Assembly: GCA_963848295.1 (NCBI GenBank) | Contig: CAWKDB010000011.1 | Coordinates: 160,001 to 224,000 of the forward strand | Reading direction: 5' to 3' | DNA length: 64,000 nucleotides | Source: an uncultured delta proteobacterium | GTDB lineage: Bacteria; Myxococcota_A; Polyangia; Haliangiales; Haliangiaceae | Part shown: piece after piece, positions 21,279 through 33,074 of the stretch | How positions within the stretch are numbered: the stretch's first letter is position 1 | How the letters are laid out: each line of letters begins with the position of its first letter | Notes under the pieces: generated by a model | Databases searched by the model: none | What the model was told of the DNA's origin: nothing | Seen by the model: the letters and a program-made list of their open reading frames with translations, nothing else | Position numbers and translations under genes: made by a program

Positions 21279-22673
21279 ATGCCGGTGAGGAGAGCCCAAC
21301 AGCTCGGCCGTTACCACTTGCTCGATCGCATCGCGTTCGGTGGGATGGCCGAAATCTATCGCGCGAAGACCTTCGACGCGGAGGGACAACCCCACCTCGT
21401 CGCGGTCAAGCGCGTGCTCGCGCACCTCGCCGAGGACGACGACTTCATCCAGATGCTCGTCGACGAGGCGAAGATCGCGAGCGTGCTGCGCCACCAGAGC
21501 ATCGCGCGGGTCTACGAGTTCGCGCGCGCGCACGGCGAGTACTTCATCGCGATGGAGCATGTCGACGGCAAGGACATGCGCACGGTGCTCGAGCGCTGCC
21601 GGACGAAGAAGAAGCCGATCCCACCGGAGCACGCCGCGTACATCGCGGCCGAGGTCGGTTCGGCGCTGCACGCGGCGCACTCTGCGGTGGACTCGCGCGG
21701 CCGGCCGCTGCGCATCATCCACCGCGACGTGTCCCCATCGAACATCATCTGCAGCTATGCGGGCGAAGTGAAGCTGTGCGACTTCGGCATCGCGAAGGCC
21801 ACGCTGTCGCGCGTGCAGACCAAGACCGGCGTGATCAAAGGCAAGGTCAAGTACATGAGCCCCGAGCAAGCGCTCGGTCGCAAGCTCGATCACCGCAGCG
21901 ACGTGTTCTCGCTCGGCAGCTGCCTCTACGAGATGCTGACCCGGATCCCGCCGTTCACCGCGACGAACGAGATGGACCTGCTGATCAAGGTCCGCGACGC
22001 GAAGTACCGGCCGGTCAGCGAGGCGACGCCGGGGATCCCGCCCGAGCTCGAGGCGATCTGCGATCGCTGCCTGACGCGCAGCCGCGCGAGTCGTTATCAA
22101 ACTGCGGCCGATGCCGAAGGCGACCTGCGCGCGTTCCTGCGCAAGTTCATGCCGAACTATTCACGCAGCCACCTCGGCCGGTTCATCCGCAAGATGTTCG
22201 CGCAGGAGATCGAGCGCGAGCTGCGGATGCTCGAAGAGTTCGTGATGACCGACGACGTGTCCGACGACGTCGGCGAGAGCTTGATGGTGCGCGACGAAGA
22301 CTTCGAGCCGCCCGAGGTGCCGTTCCAGCCGAAGCCGACGTCGGTGTCGATCGCCGGGTTGCCGAGCGACTTCGACGGCGATTCGAACTTCACGACGATG
22401 CCGAAGGTGAGCCAGCAAGAGGATATTCACGTCCAACCGACGCAGATCCTCCCGGACGGCCCGCGCAGCCAGATGATGCGGGCGCAACCCGACCCGGTAT
22501 CCGACGCCGCGCCGCCGCCACCACCGCAGCGCGCGAAGTCGAAGACCACTCCGCCGCCGCGCAAGCCGCCGACCAAGCCGCCGCCGCGCGTGTTCGACGA
22601 GAAGCTGCACTCGGCGCCGACGATGATCATCGACATCGGGCGCATGCGGCAGCGCCAGCGCGGCGGGCGCTAG
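21279..22673 (+). CDS. Hanks-type Ser/Thr protein kinase with acidic/Pro-rich tail
   Basis: IAFGGMAEIY, VAVKR, IHRDVSPSN, DFG, GKVKYMSPEQ, SDVFSLG. Confidence 0.95.
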   Translation: MPVRRAQQLGRYHLLDRIAFGGMAEIYRAKTFDAEGQPHLVAVKRVLAHLAEDDDFIQMLVDEAKIASVLRHQSIARVYEFARAHGEYFIAMEHVDGKDMRTVLERCRTKKKPIPPEHAAYIAAEVGSALHAAHSAVDSRGRPLRIIHRDVSPSNIICSYAGEVKLCDFGIAKATLSRVQTKTGVIKGKVKYMSPEQALGRKLDHRSDVFSLGSCLYEMLTRIPPFTATNEMDLLIKVRDAKYRPVSEATPGIPPELEAICDRCLTRSRASRYQTAADAEGDLRAFLRKFMPNYSRSHLGRFIRKMFAQEIERELRMLEEFVMTDDVSDDVGESLMVRDEDFEPPEVPFQPKPTSVSIAGLPSDFDGDSNFTTMPKVSQQEDIHVQPTQILPDGPRSQMMRAQPDPVSDAAPPPPPQRAKSKTTPPPRKPPTKPPPRVFDEKLHSAPTMIIDIGRMRQRQRGGR

Positions 22674-22772
22674 CTGCGCGGAGGAGCGGGAGGCCCGCGA
22701 GCCCGCGCTTTGGCATGAGACTGAAGCGGAGAGGTACGCGAAGCGCGCGCCCTGTTCGAGGTCGACGTCGCG

Positions 22773-25325
22773 CTAGCGGATGTCGATCGTCAGGCCGAGC
22801 ACTTCATCTCCGGGTCTGACCGTCGCGTGCACGCTGCCGCCTTCGTCACCGCGCGCTGCGAGCACCGATAGCTCGCCGGTCGGGCAGTCGTGGATCCGGA
22901 ACTCGCCGAGCGCATCGACGTCGGCTTCGACCGCGACGCCCGAGCCATCGGTCGCGCGGACCGTGACGTGAGCTCCGACCGCGCGCTGGCCGCGCGAGTC
23001 GCGCACCGTGCCGCCGACGAGCGCACCGCGCTGGAGGTCGATGCGGATGTCGCGCACGGTCGTCGCCCCGGGCGTTGTCGCCGCCGGCACGTCGACCGCG
23101 CGCGAGGCCGGCAAGTACCCGGGCAACGCGATCGACAGCTTCCACGCGCCGGCGCGCAGCGGGCCGAGCTTCCACCGGCCGTCCTTATCGCTCGACGCCT
23201 CGCTGGTCTGCCCGTTCGGGCCGCTCGCGGTGAGCGTCACGCTCGACACCGGCGCACCGGTGACCGCGTCGAGTAACACGCCTTCGACACCACCGCCGAG
23301 GGGCAGCTCGAGCCGAACGCGCTCGCCGGTGCCGGTCGTCGCGGTCGCCTCGAGCTCGACGGGCGGATAGCTGGGATGCTCGATCCGCACGCGCACGTGG
23401 CCCGCGGGCAACATGTCGATCGAGAACGTGCCGTCCGCGGCGGTGATCGCGCTGCGGCCTTCGTCCGAGCCGCCGAGCACTTCGATGTGGGCCGCGCCGA
23501 CCGGGACGCCGGTCGTATCGTCGACGCTGCCGGCCAGCACGGCGTCCGCGACCGCGAGCACGATGTCTTCGCGCTGCTCGCCCGCGAGCGAGCCGTGGTG
23601 CGCCGCGAGCTCGATCGGGCGCCGGGCGTCGACATGGCCGTACGCCGAAGCGCGGAGCTCGACCGCACCGCTGACCGGGCCGAGCCGGTACTCGCCGTCG
23701 GCGTCGCTGAAGCCGACCGCCGGCGCGCCGACCTCGGGTTGCGCCGAGACCTCGGCCCCGGTCACCGGCGCACCGTGCTGGTCGGTGACCTTGCCGATCA
23801 CGAAGACGCCGGACGACATCACGAGGTCGACGCCGGTGACGACCTGGCCCGCGTCCACCGTGACCGGCTTCGACCGCGCTTCGGCGAAGCCCGACGCTTG
23901 GGCGAGCACGGTGAGCTTGCCGTTCGGTGCGCCGCGAATGCGATAGCGCCCATCGGTGCCCGTCACCCAGATCGAGCCGCGCGGGTCATCGGGCAGCGGC
24001 GGCGGATCACCGAGTAGCCCGACCGCGCCGGCGCTCGCATCGATCGACGCCGGCAGCGCCGCCTGCACGCCGGGCGGGGGCAGCGGCGGAATCGGGCCGA
24101 CCATCACGCCGAGCTCGCCGCGCGCGATCAGCATCGGATCGGAGCCCGGGGCGGCGTCGGGCGCGACCGGAGCGGCGCTGCGTCCCGAGAACCGGCGCAG
24201 CCGATCGCGATCGACATCGGCGGACACTTCGGGCGCCGACTCGCCGCCGCCGAGCGCGCGCACGGTGGCACCCGCGATCGGCTGGCCTTCGGCGTCGAGC
24301 ACACGCCCTTCGATCGCGCCGCCGCGCGCGAGCTGGAGCTCCGCGATGCCGTGGCCGGCCTCGAGCTCGACGCCGCCCGCGCTCGTATAGCCGGGCGCGA
24401 ACCCATCCGCGATCCACTTGCCGGTCGGCACGCCTTCGATCTTGAACGCGCCGTCGGAGCCGCTGCGCGCGTAGCGCGGCGCCTGATCGTCACCGCTCGG
24501 TCGCAGCTCGATCGCGGCGGCGAGCCCGGTGCCCTCGTCGCGGTCGATCACGCGGCCGACGACGATCGTCGCGGCCTCGAGGTGGAGCTCGACCGGACCG
24601 AACGGCCCGGCGCCGAGCCGCGCGACCCGGATCGCCCGCGCCGCGAGCGAGCTCTGCCACGCGTAGACCTGATAGCGGCCTTCCGGCAGGTTCGGCGCAT
24701 GGAACGCCCCGGCGCCATCGGTCTTGATCTCGAAGGCGCCGCCGATCGCATCTCCGCGAATCCCGACCGTCGCGCCTGCGACCGGCTTCCCGCCGTCGGT
24801 CACCGTACCGTCGATCGCGATCTCGCGCGCGATCACGATCCGGGTCTCGTCCGATGGCACTGGCACGAACCGAACCTCGGCCGGCAATAGCCCTTCGCCT
24901 TTCACGCGCAGCCGGTAGCGGCCCGCGGCCAATCCTTCGAGCAAGAACCGGCCGTCAACCCCAGTCGCTTGCGCGACCGCCTCGGGAGCACTCGAGCCCG
25001 AGCCCGAGCCCGAGCCGGTCAACGCCCGATCGGCGACGCCTTTCTCCAGCTCCGCCGAGACCTGCGCGCCTTCTACCGGCAGCCCGGCGCCATCGACGAC
25101 GACGCCGGTCAGCCTGACGCCCTGGGCACCGAGCGGCCCGAGATGCGGCGGCTCGGGCACGGCGAGTAACCGACCGGCGTGGCGCGGCGCGGCGGCCGGC
25201 GGGGGCAAGACCGCGCCCGGCCCGTGGCTCGTCACCACGACGACGCCGAGGATCAGGCCGAGCACGATCCACGCGCCGACCACGATGCGCACGCGCGCTC
25301 TCGCCGACGTGTCCGTGCCCGACAT
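22773..25325 (-). CDS. Membrane-anchored protein with multiple carboxypeptidase-regulatory-like (CnaB/transthyretin-like) repeats
   Basis: N-terminal TM followed by about eight repeats of GxVxDxxGxPVxGAxV...TDxDGxF. Confidence 0.85.
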   Translation of the reverse strand: MSGTDTSARARVRIVVGAWIVLGLILGVVVVTSHGPGAVLPPPAAAPRHAGRLLAVPEPPHLGPLGAQGVRLTGVVVDGAGLPVEGAQVSAELEKGVADRALTGSGSGSGSSAPEAVAQATGVDGRFLLEGLAAGRYRLRVKGEGLLPAEVRFVPVPSDETRIVIAREIAIDGTVTDGGKPVAGATVGIRGDAIGGAFEIKTDGAGAFHAPNLPEGRYQVYAWQSSLAARAIRVARLGAGPFGPVELHLEAATIVVGRVIDRDEGTGLAAAIELRPSGDDQAPRYARSGSDGAFKIEGVPTGKWIADGFAPGYTSAGGVELEAGHGIAELQLARGGAIEGRVLDAEGQPIAGATVRALGGGESAPEVSADVDRDRLRRFSGRSAAPVAPDAAPGSDPMLIARGELGVMVGPIPPLPPPGVQAALPASIDASAGAVGLLGDPPPLPDDPRGSIWVTGTDGRYRIRGAPNGKLTVLAQASGFAEARSKPVTVDAGQVVTGVDLVMSSGVFVIGKVTDQHGAPVTGAEVSAQPEVGAPAVGFSDADGEYRLGPVSGAVELRASAYGHVDARRPIELAAHHGSLAGEQREDIVLAVADAVLAGSVDDTTGVPVGAAHIEVLGGSDEGRSAITAADGTFSIDMLPAGHVRVRIEHPSYPPVELEATATTGTGERVRLELPLGGGVEGVLLDAVTGAPVSSVTLTASGPNGQTSEASSDKDGRWKLGPLRAGAWKLSIALPGYLPASRAVDVPAATTPGATTVRDIRIDLQRGALVGGTVRDSRGQRAVGAHVTVRATDGSGVAVEADVDALGEFRIHDCPTGELSVLAARGDEGGSVHATVRPGDEVLGLTIDIR

Positions 25326-25364
25326 CCCGCAACGATAGCGCGATCTGCGCTACCTTCCCGGCCG

Positions 25365-25829
25365 ATGGTGCCAGCCCTGTTCTCGAACCAGCGCGAGACA
25401 AATCTGCAATCGACCCTCGCGCTCGTCGAAGCGGTCCTCGGGGAGCTCGGTCACCCCGCCGCCGGCGCGCGGACCGAAGACAAGACGGCGCTGTACGCCT
25501 GGCGGTTCCGGCAGGGATCGGCCGCGATCTCGGTCGCGCTCGTCCACCGCACCGCGTTCACTCATCTCCGGGTCTCGGCGGTCGTGATGACGCTCGACCC
25601 CAAGGTCGATCGCGCGGCGCTGTTCGCGCACCTGCTGACCCGCAACGCCGAGCTCACCGGCGCCGCGTTCGCGCTCGACAACGACCGCGTGCTCCTGGTG
25701 TCGGAGCGCTCGACCCTCGACCTCGATCGCAGCGAGGTCACCGACCTGATCCGCCGCGTCGCCCAGTACGCCGACGATCACGACGACTTGCTCGTCGAGC
25801 GGTTCGGCGGAACGCTCGGCGCTACCTGA
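25365..25829 (+). CDS. YbjN/CesT-fold (type III chaperone-like) protein
   Basis: WRFRQGSA, LFAHLLTRNAEL.GAAFALD, ERSTLDLD, ADDHDDLLVERFGG, typical of the YbjN family. Confidence 0.75.
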   Translation: MVPALFSNQRETNLQSTLALVEAVLGELGHPAAGARTEDKTALYAWRFRQGSAAISVALVHRTAFTHLRVSAVVMTLDPKVDRAALFAHLLTRNAELTGAAFALDNDRVLLVSERSTLDLDRSEVTDLIRRVAQYADDHDDLLVERFGGTLGAT

Positions 25830-26079
25830 GATCGCGACCGCGCGGACCCTCGTCGAGCGCGATCGAGGTCAGCGCGTTCGGACACAGCGTCAGCTCGTCG
25901 GCGGAGCGCACGACCCGGCCGTGCGAGTCGACGAGCTTCGCGTCGGACAGCACGATGAACTCGACCGGGCCGGCGCTCGGCTGGCACGACGCGAGGTAGC
26001 CGGTGACCTTCGCGCCGGTGTCGTACTCGATCGAAACGCGGTGACTGATCAGATCGTGGAGCTTCGCGTAGTTCGGCAT
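25822..26079 (-). CDS. Small Sm/LSm-fold-like protein
   Basis: 85 aa: N-terminal helix, then RVSIEYDTGAKVTGYL...IVLSDAKL...ELTL...LTSIAL, matching Sm1/Sm2 spacing. Confidence 0.55.
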   Translation of the reverse strand: MPNYAKLHDLISHRVSIEYDTGAKVTGYLASCQPSAGPVEFIVLSDAKLVDSHGRVVRSADELTLCPNALTSIALDEGPRGRDLR

Positions 26080-26100
26080 CCCGCGCGGCTATAACACAGA

Positions 26101-26439
26101 TCAATCGCCCCACGGATCGCCCGACGGCGGCACGTGCTCGTGCTCCGGCGCCGTCTCCGATTCGACCGTGAACCGGTAGTGGCCGTCGCGATCGAGCGTC
26201 ATGCCGAGCTCGGCCTGGTCGCCGTCGGCGAGCTCGAGGTGACAATGGAACTGCGCGCCGTCGACGCCGATCGGGACCTTGTCGTCGCAGCGCATCGTCC
26301 GCCACCCGTACGCCTGCTCCTGGGCGACGAGATCGGCGGCGATCACCGCGCCACTCGCGATCGTCGGCCGGCGCGCCACCTCGAACGCCGCGACCGCCGC
26401 GCCCGCGATCAACACGACGAGCCCGAGGCTGCGCAGCAC
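26101..26439 (-). CDS. Small membrane-anchored protein (DUF4333-like)
   Basis: N-terminal TM plus a two-Cys domain (MRCDDKVPI...FHC). GTG start is tentative. Confidence 0.55.
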   Translation of the reverse strand: MLRSLGLVVLIAGAAVAAFEVARRPTIASGAVIAADLVAQEQAYGWRTMRCDDKVPIGVDGAQFHCHLELADGDQAELGMTLDRDGHYRFTVESETAPEHEHVPPSGDPWGD

Positions 26440-26467
26440 GGAGCGATCATCTGCTACACAGGCGGAT

Positions 26468-28048
<1,581 letters not shown>

Positions 28049-28058
28049 GCCGCGCTCC

Positions 28059-28970
28059 CTAGTTCGTCGCGGTCGGCGGCGGGGTGACGCCGGCGTCGGG
28101 GGCGACGTCCGAGCCCGAACCGTCCGGTGGTGACGAGTCTTCGGTGTTGTCGTAGGTCTTCGCCTCCGGCATCGGAGCCGGCGCGGCGATCGCGATCGAC
28201 TTCACGCCTTCGAGCCGCTTGCGGCTGGCGACGGCTTCGCTCGAGCCGAGCACGCCGCCCTTCTCGAACGCGGTGCGCGCTTCGTCGAGCCGATCGAGCT
28301 GCTCGAGCGCGGTGCCGAGGTTGTTGAACATGTAGCCGGTCGCGCCCTTGCGGTTGGTCGCCTCGGTGAAGTGAATCACGGCTTCGTCATATTTCTTGAG
28401 CTGCATCTCGACCAGGCCGAGGTTGTTCCACGCCCACACGTTGTCGGCATTGACCTCGACCGCCTTCTCGAACGCGGTCTCGGCGCCGTCGTAGTTGAAC
28501 CGGTTCAGCTCGGCGCGGCCGAGCGTGTTCCACGCCAGGCTCGAGTCCGGCGCGAGCTTGACCGCCTTGTTCGCCGCCGCCATCGCGAGCCCGCGCTCGT
28601 GCATCGCGATGAACATGCGCGCGAGCTCGATGTGTGGCTCCGCGCGTCTCTTGTCGAGCTTGATCGCGGCCTCGAACATCTCGCGCGCGTTCGCGGTGTC
28701 GCCCTTGGCGGCGAGGTCCTTGCCCTGGGCGAGCGCATCGTCGAACTTCGTCGGCGCGACCGGCAGCACGGCGGGCGGGACGACCGCGACCGGAGCCGGC
28801 GTCGCCACCGGGGTCACCGTCGGCGTGGGCATCGGCAGCGTCAGCGCGCGAGTGAACGCCGGGTCTCCGTCGTCGCTCGCGATCGGCGACGCATCGCCAC
28901 CGCACGCGGGAACGAGAACCGGGACGAGGAACAGAGCGGAGAACAGGAACGAACGGACTTGCGGCTTCAT
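28059..28970 (-). CDS. TPR-repeat lipoprotein
   Basis: Lipobox LVPAC, Pro/Thr linker, TPRs (AWNTLG, AWNNLG, MFNNLG). Confidence 0.85.
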   Translation of the reverse strand: MKPQVRSFLFSALFLVPVLVPACGGDASPIASDDGDPAFTRALTLPMPTPTVTPVATPAPVAVVPPAVLPVAPTKFDDALAQGKDLAAKGDTANAREMFEAAIKLDKRRAEPHIELARMFIAMHERGLAMAAANKAVKLAPDSSLAWNTLGRAELNRFNYDGAETAFEKAVEVNADNVWAWNNLGLVEMQLKKYDEAVIHFTEATNRKGATGYMFNNLGTALEQLDRLDEARTAFEKGGVLGSSEAVASRKRLEGVKSIAIAAPAPMPEAKTYDNTEDSSPPDGSGSDVAPDAGVTPPPTATN

Positions 28971-29020
28971 AGAGATCCTTTTGGCGAGCCCTTGCACGGG
29001 CTCTTGCCGACGGGAGCTAC

Positions 29021-29036
29021 AGCACCGCTCGTGCCA
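29021..29036 (-). promoter_or_regulatory. Sigma-54 (-24/-12) promoter of the TPR lipoprotein gene
   Basis: Minus strand TGGCACG-agcg-GTGCT (GG-N10-GC), about 50 nt upstream of the ATG at 28970. Confidence 0.65.
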
Positions 29037-29159
29037 TCGCTCGCGCGAGCCGCGACGCGAGCTTGTACTGCGATGTGGGTGCGCGGACACGCCTTCGTCG
29101 ACGGCGCGCGCCACAACGCCGGCGCGAATGACCCGCGCGACTCGCGCGTTGATGAGGAG

Positions 29160-29714
<555 letters not shown>

Positions 29715-29782
29715 GTGAGATGGTAGATCACCTCGCGACCGCACCGCTAGCAGAATTGCCCTGCCAGTGCGGTTGGATCGAT

Positions 29783-30496
29783 CTACGGGCCGGCGTGCGC
29801 GAAGATCGTGACGTCGGCTTCGAGCGACCCGGTAGGTACCGGACTGTCCTGGGAAACCGAGAGCGTCGAACCGACGATCACGTTGAACGGCGTCCGGTAC
29901 GTATTCATGATGTCCACGAGCGCTTGCTTGCCGGTCGCCGTGAACTCCATATCCGTCGCATCGACCGTCGTCATCGCGGCAACTGCTCCGATCGTTCCGA
30001 TCTGCTGCACCGCGGGATCTTCCGGGTCGGTGATCGACATCGGCGCGACGTAGACCTGGAGCGGCGGCGTGTCGACGTCGAGCGTGTTCGGCGTGACCGT
30101 GTACTGCACCGAGTCGACCGTCACCTTGATCACGGGCGCGTTGCTCAGCGTCGTAAGCTCGGGCGCATCCATCTGGAGATCGACCGGGGAGTAGACGCCG
30201 ACCCGCAACCCGAGGTCACAGGTGTGCGTCGTCGCATCGCACGAGCCGCTGCAGTTGGCGGCGCACGCCTGCATCGCAGCCGCTCCGCACACGGTCGGGG
30301 TGGCCTCGCAGCTCATCGCCAAGAACGTCGTCGCGGCCGCCTCGTTGACCTGCCAGCTCGACGCGTCGATCGTGAAGTGATTGTGGCCTACTTCGACGGC
30401 GACATCGGTCGAGCCCGAGTCGATCACGCCACACCCGGTTAAGAGCGCGGCGCCGAGGGGAATGAGGGCCCCGGCCCAGTAGCGAAAGCTAGTCAT
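29783..30496 (-). CDS. Hypothetical Cys-containing lipoprotein
   Basis: Lipobox LLTGC, Cys cluster, beta-rich C-terminus; GAGAGG RBS upstream. Confidence 0.7.
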   Translation of the reverse strand: MTSFRYWAGALIPLGAALLTGCGVIDSGSTDVAVEVGHNHFTIDASSWQVNEAAATTFLAMSCEATPTVCGAAAMQACAANCSGSCDATTHTCDLGLRVGVYSPVDLQMDAPELTTLSNAPVIKVTVDSVQYTVTPNTLDVDTPPLQVYVAPMSITDPEDPAVQQIGTIGAVAAMTTVDATDMEFTATGKQALVDIMNTYRTPFNVIVGSTLSVSQDSPVPTGSLEADVTIFAHAGP

Positions 30497-30594
30497 GAAA
30501 TGCCTCTCGAACGGACGAGGTAACGTTAGGCAGCAAGCATAGCATCGACGGGCGCCCCACCCTAGTTCCGTCGAATCAGCCGTGATGACGGCCA

Positions 30595-31545
30595 CTACAG
30601 CGTCGAAACGAGCTGTTCCGCGACCGTCCAAGGGTCGGTTTTCCCGGCGACCACCCCTCTAGCAAGCTCGTCGAGGCCGCCCCGGTTGGCCATCGCGACG
30701 GCCGCGCGATCGGCGAGCTGGGCGCGAACCAGCTCGGCGATCTGAGCCGCAGCACGCACCGCGGCGCGAGCGCCGGCATCGGGCCCGGTCCAAGCACGCG
30801 CGCGGTGGGCGTCGATCGCGGCCGCGAGCTCCGCGATGCCCGAGCCAGCACCGAGCCCGAGCGTCGCCACGGTGCGGACGATGTCGACGTCCTTGCGTTC
30901 GCCCGCGCCGCGCAGGTCGAGCATGTGCATCAGATCGCGCTCGGTGCGATCGGCGCCTTCGCGATCCGCTTTGTTGATCGCGAGCACGTCCGCGATCTCG
31001 AGCAAGCCCGCCTTGATCGCTTGGATGTCGTCGCCGAGTCCGGGCACGGTGACGACGACCGTCGTGTGCGCCGCGCGCATGACCTCGACCTCGTCCTGCC
31101 CGACCCCGACCGTCTCGATCAAGATCCGCTCGTAGCCCATCGCATCGAGGACGTACGCGATATCGAACGTCGAGCGCGATAGCCCGCCGAGGTGGCCGCG
31201 CGTCGCGACGCTGCGGATGAACACGTTCGGATCGAGCGCATGACGTTGCATGCGAATGCGATCGCCGAGGATCGCGCCACCGGAGAACGGCGATGTCGGA
31301 TCGACCGCGATCACCCCGACCTTCTCGCCCGCGGCGCGGTAGTGCGAGATCAAGCCGTCGACGACCGTCGACTTGCCCGCGCCGGGATTGCCGGTGATGC
31401 CGACGACGTACGCCTTGCCCGCGTGGGGAAACAACGCCTTGAGCTGGACGAGCGCTTCGGGGCGGCGATCGTCGAGATCGCGCATCAGCCGCGCCCCCGA
31501 GCGCTGATCGCCCGCGAGGATCGCGTCCATTGCCGAGCCACTCAT
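30595..31545 (-). CDS. meaB: Methylmalonyl-CoA mutase-associated GTPase
   Basis: GITGNPGAGKST, DPTSPFSGGAILGDRIRM, ETVGVGQDE, IQAIKAGLLEIAD..INKAD. Confidence 0.95.
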   Translation of the reverse strand: MSGSAMDAILAGDQRSGARLMRDLDDRRPEALVQLKALFPHAGKAYVVGITGNPGAGKSTVVDGLISHYRAAGEKVGVIAVDPTSPFSGGAILGDRIRMQRHALDPNVFIRSVATRGHLGGLSRSTFDIAYVLDAMGYERILIETVGVGQDEVEVMRAAHTTVVVTVPGLGDDIQAIKAGLLEIADVLAINKADREGADRTERDLMHMLDLRGAGERKDVDIVRTVATLGLGAGSGIAELAAAIDAHRARAWTGPDAGARAAVRAAAQIAELVRAQLADRAAVAMANRGGLDELARGVVAGKTDPWTVAEQLVSTL

Positions 31546-32639
31546 TTCTTGAACCGCTGCTCCGGTCCGGCCGGCGTATAGACCTGTAGCGCCTTGAAGT
31601 CCTCGCTGACCGCGAAGGCGTGCTTCGTGTTCGGCGGAATCTGGATCACCGATGTCGGCGTGACCGCGACCGCGGTGCCGGCGACCGTGATCGTGCCGGA
31701 CCCGGCGAGCACGTAGAGCAACTCGGTCTCGGTCGCGTGCACGTGCTCGGGCACCTTCGCGCCGGTTGCCAGCCGCAGCACCGAGGCCGCGAGGGTGTGG
31801 TCGGCGTTCGCGGTCGCGGGCTCGACGAAGATGGTCACCGGGCCATAGACCTTCGCCGCGCTCGCCGGGTACACGACCGGCCTGAGCGGCGCTCTGCGCC
31901 ACGACGTCATCTCCGGCGTCGGTAGCGCGCCCGCGCGCGCCGCGCCCTCACGCCCGCCGGGCACCGCGACGATCACGGCGTGCAGCTCCGCACCGGCTGC
32001 CGCGACCTCGCGCGCCGCGCTCTTGCGCGCGAGCATCATGTCGCCAGCGTGAACGCGGGTCTTCGGCAACGCGACCGAGCTGACGTCCGCATCGCCGAGG
32101 AAGTACCACAGCTCGTCGCGATCGGTGGAGCGCAGGCCGGTCGACGCGCCCGCCTTGATCGCGAGCTCGAACATCGAAGCGGCGGGATTGCCCGTGTTCG
32201 TCTCGTCGAGCAACACCGCGACCGAGACCTCGCCCTGCGCTTTCCACGACACGAGCTTGCGATCGATCAGGCTCTGGCCGCCGACCTTCGCGAAGTGGAA
32301 CGGCAGCTCGATGGTCTTGCCGGCGAGCGGCGGAGGGAACTTGTAGACCGCGAACGCGCCGATCAGGCACGACGTCACGGCTTCGCTGTTCACCGTGTCG
32401 TGCACCGGCATCGCCGTGGCGACCGAGCGATGGGCGCCGAACTCGACCCGCAGTGTGAGGTCGCCGTAGATATCGTAGCGCTCGGTCGCCGCGACCGCCC
32501 AGCAGCTCTGGGCGATCGACGAGAAGTCGTTCATCACCTTGGTGACCGCGACGCCGAAACTGTCGTCGGTGTCCTTCGCGTCGGCGACCGAGCACGCGAG
32601 CACGCTCGCGGCGAGCGCGGCGGCGAGCCGAAGCTGCAT
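31542..32639 (-). CDS. Secreted protein: AgmX/PglI (TonB-C-like) domain plus cupin domain(s)
   Basis: Signal peptide; IAQSCW...VTSCLI...YKFP...IELPFHF; C-terminal cupin PEHVHATETELLYVLAGSG...IPPNTKH. Confidence 0.7.
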   Translation of the reverse strand: MQLRLAAALAASVLACSVADAKDTDDSFGVAVTKVMNDFSSIAQSCWAVAATERYDIYGDLTLRVEFGAHRSVATAMPVHDTVNSEAVTSCLIGAFAVYKFPPPLAGKTIELPFHFAKVGGQSLIDRKLVSWKAQGEVSVAVLLDETNTGNPAASMFELAIKAGASTGLRSTDRDELWYFLGDADVSSVALPKTRVHAGDMMLARKSAAREVAAAGAELHAVIVAVPGGREGAARAGALPTPEMTSWRRAPLRPVVYPASAAKVYGPVTIFVEPATANADHTLAASVLRLATGAKVPEHVHATETELLYVLAGSGTITVAGTAVAVTPTSVIQIPPNTKHAFAVSEDFKALQVYTPAGPEQRFKK

Positions 32640-33049
32640 CACGCGACCTTCGGGCGCAGGTAGCTCTCGACCCATTCGACGATCTCGTTCGTGCTCGCGC
32701 CGGGCGTGAAGATCTTCGCGACCCCGATCGCCGCGAGCTTCGGCAAATCGTCCTTCGGCACGATCCCGCCGCCGAACACGATGACGTCGCCCGCGCCGCG
32801 CGCCTTGAGCGCATCGAGCACCGCCGGAAACAGCGTCATGTGTGCACCCGACATGATCGACAGCCCGACGGCGTCGACCGCTTCCTGCACCGCGGCCGCC
32901 GCGATCATCTCGGGCGTCTGATGCAGGCCGGTGTACACGACTTCGTAGCCGGCGTCGGCGAGGGCCCGCGCGACGACCTTGGCGCCGCGGTCGTGGCCAT
33001 CGAGACCGGGCTTGGCGACGAGGATGCGGAGCTTGCGCGGGTCGGTCAT
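32639..33049 (-). CDS. Cobalamin-binding (small) subunit of split acyl-CoA mutase
   Basis: [13 protein letters not shown] (DxHxxG), [20 protein letters not shown]. Confidence 0.95.
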   Translation of the reverse strand: MTDPRKLRILVAKPGLDGHDRGAKVVARALADAGYEVVYTGLHQTPEMIAAAAVQEAVDAVGLSIMSGAHMTLFPAVLDALKARGAGDVIVFGGGIVPKDDLPKLAAIGVAKIFTPGASTNEIVEWVESYLRPKVA

Positions 33050-33074
33050 CGTCGCGCGCAGTAGTACCAGAAAA

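Noticed and set aside
22674..22772. Intergenic stretch with a short GCGGG-agg-CCCGC hairpin and a 'gcggagagg' reminiscent of a tRNA 3' end
   Set aside because: No cloverleaf, T-loop or CCA context; short GC stems are expected by chance at this GC content.
25365..25829. Type III secretion locus suggested by the CesT-like fold
   Set aside because: No T3SS genes in the window; stand-alone YbjN-family proteins are common.
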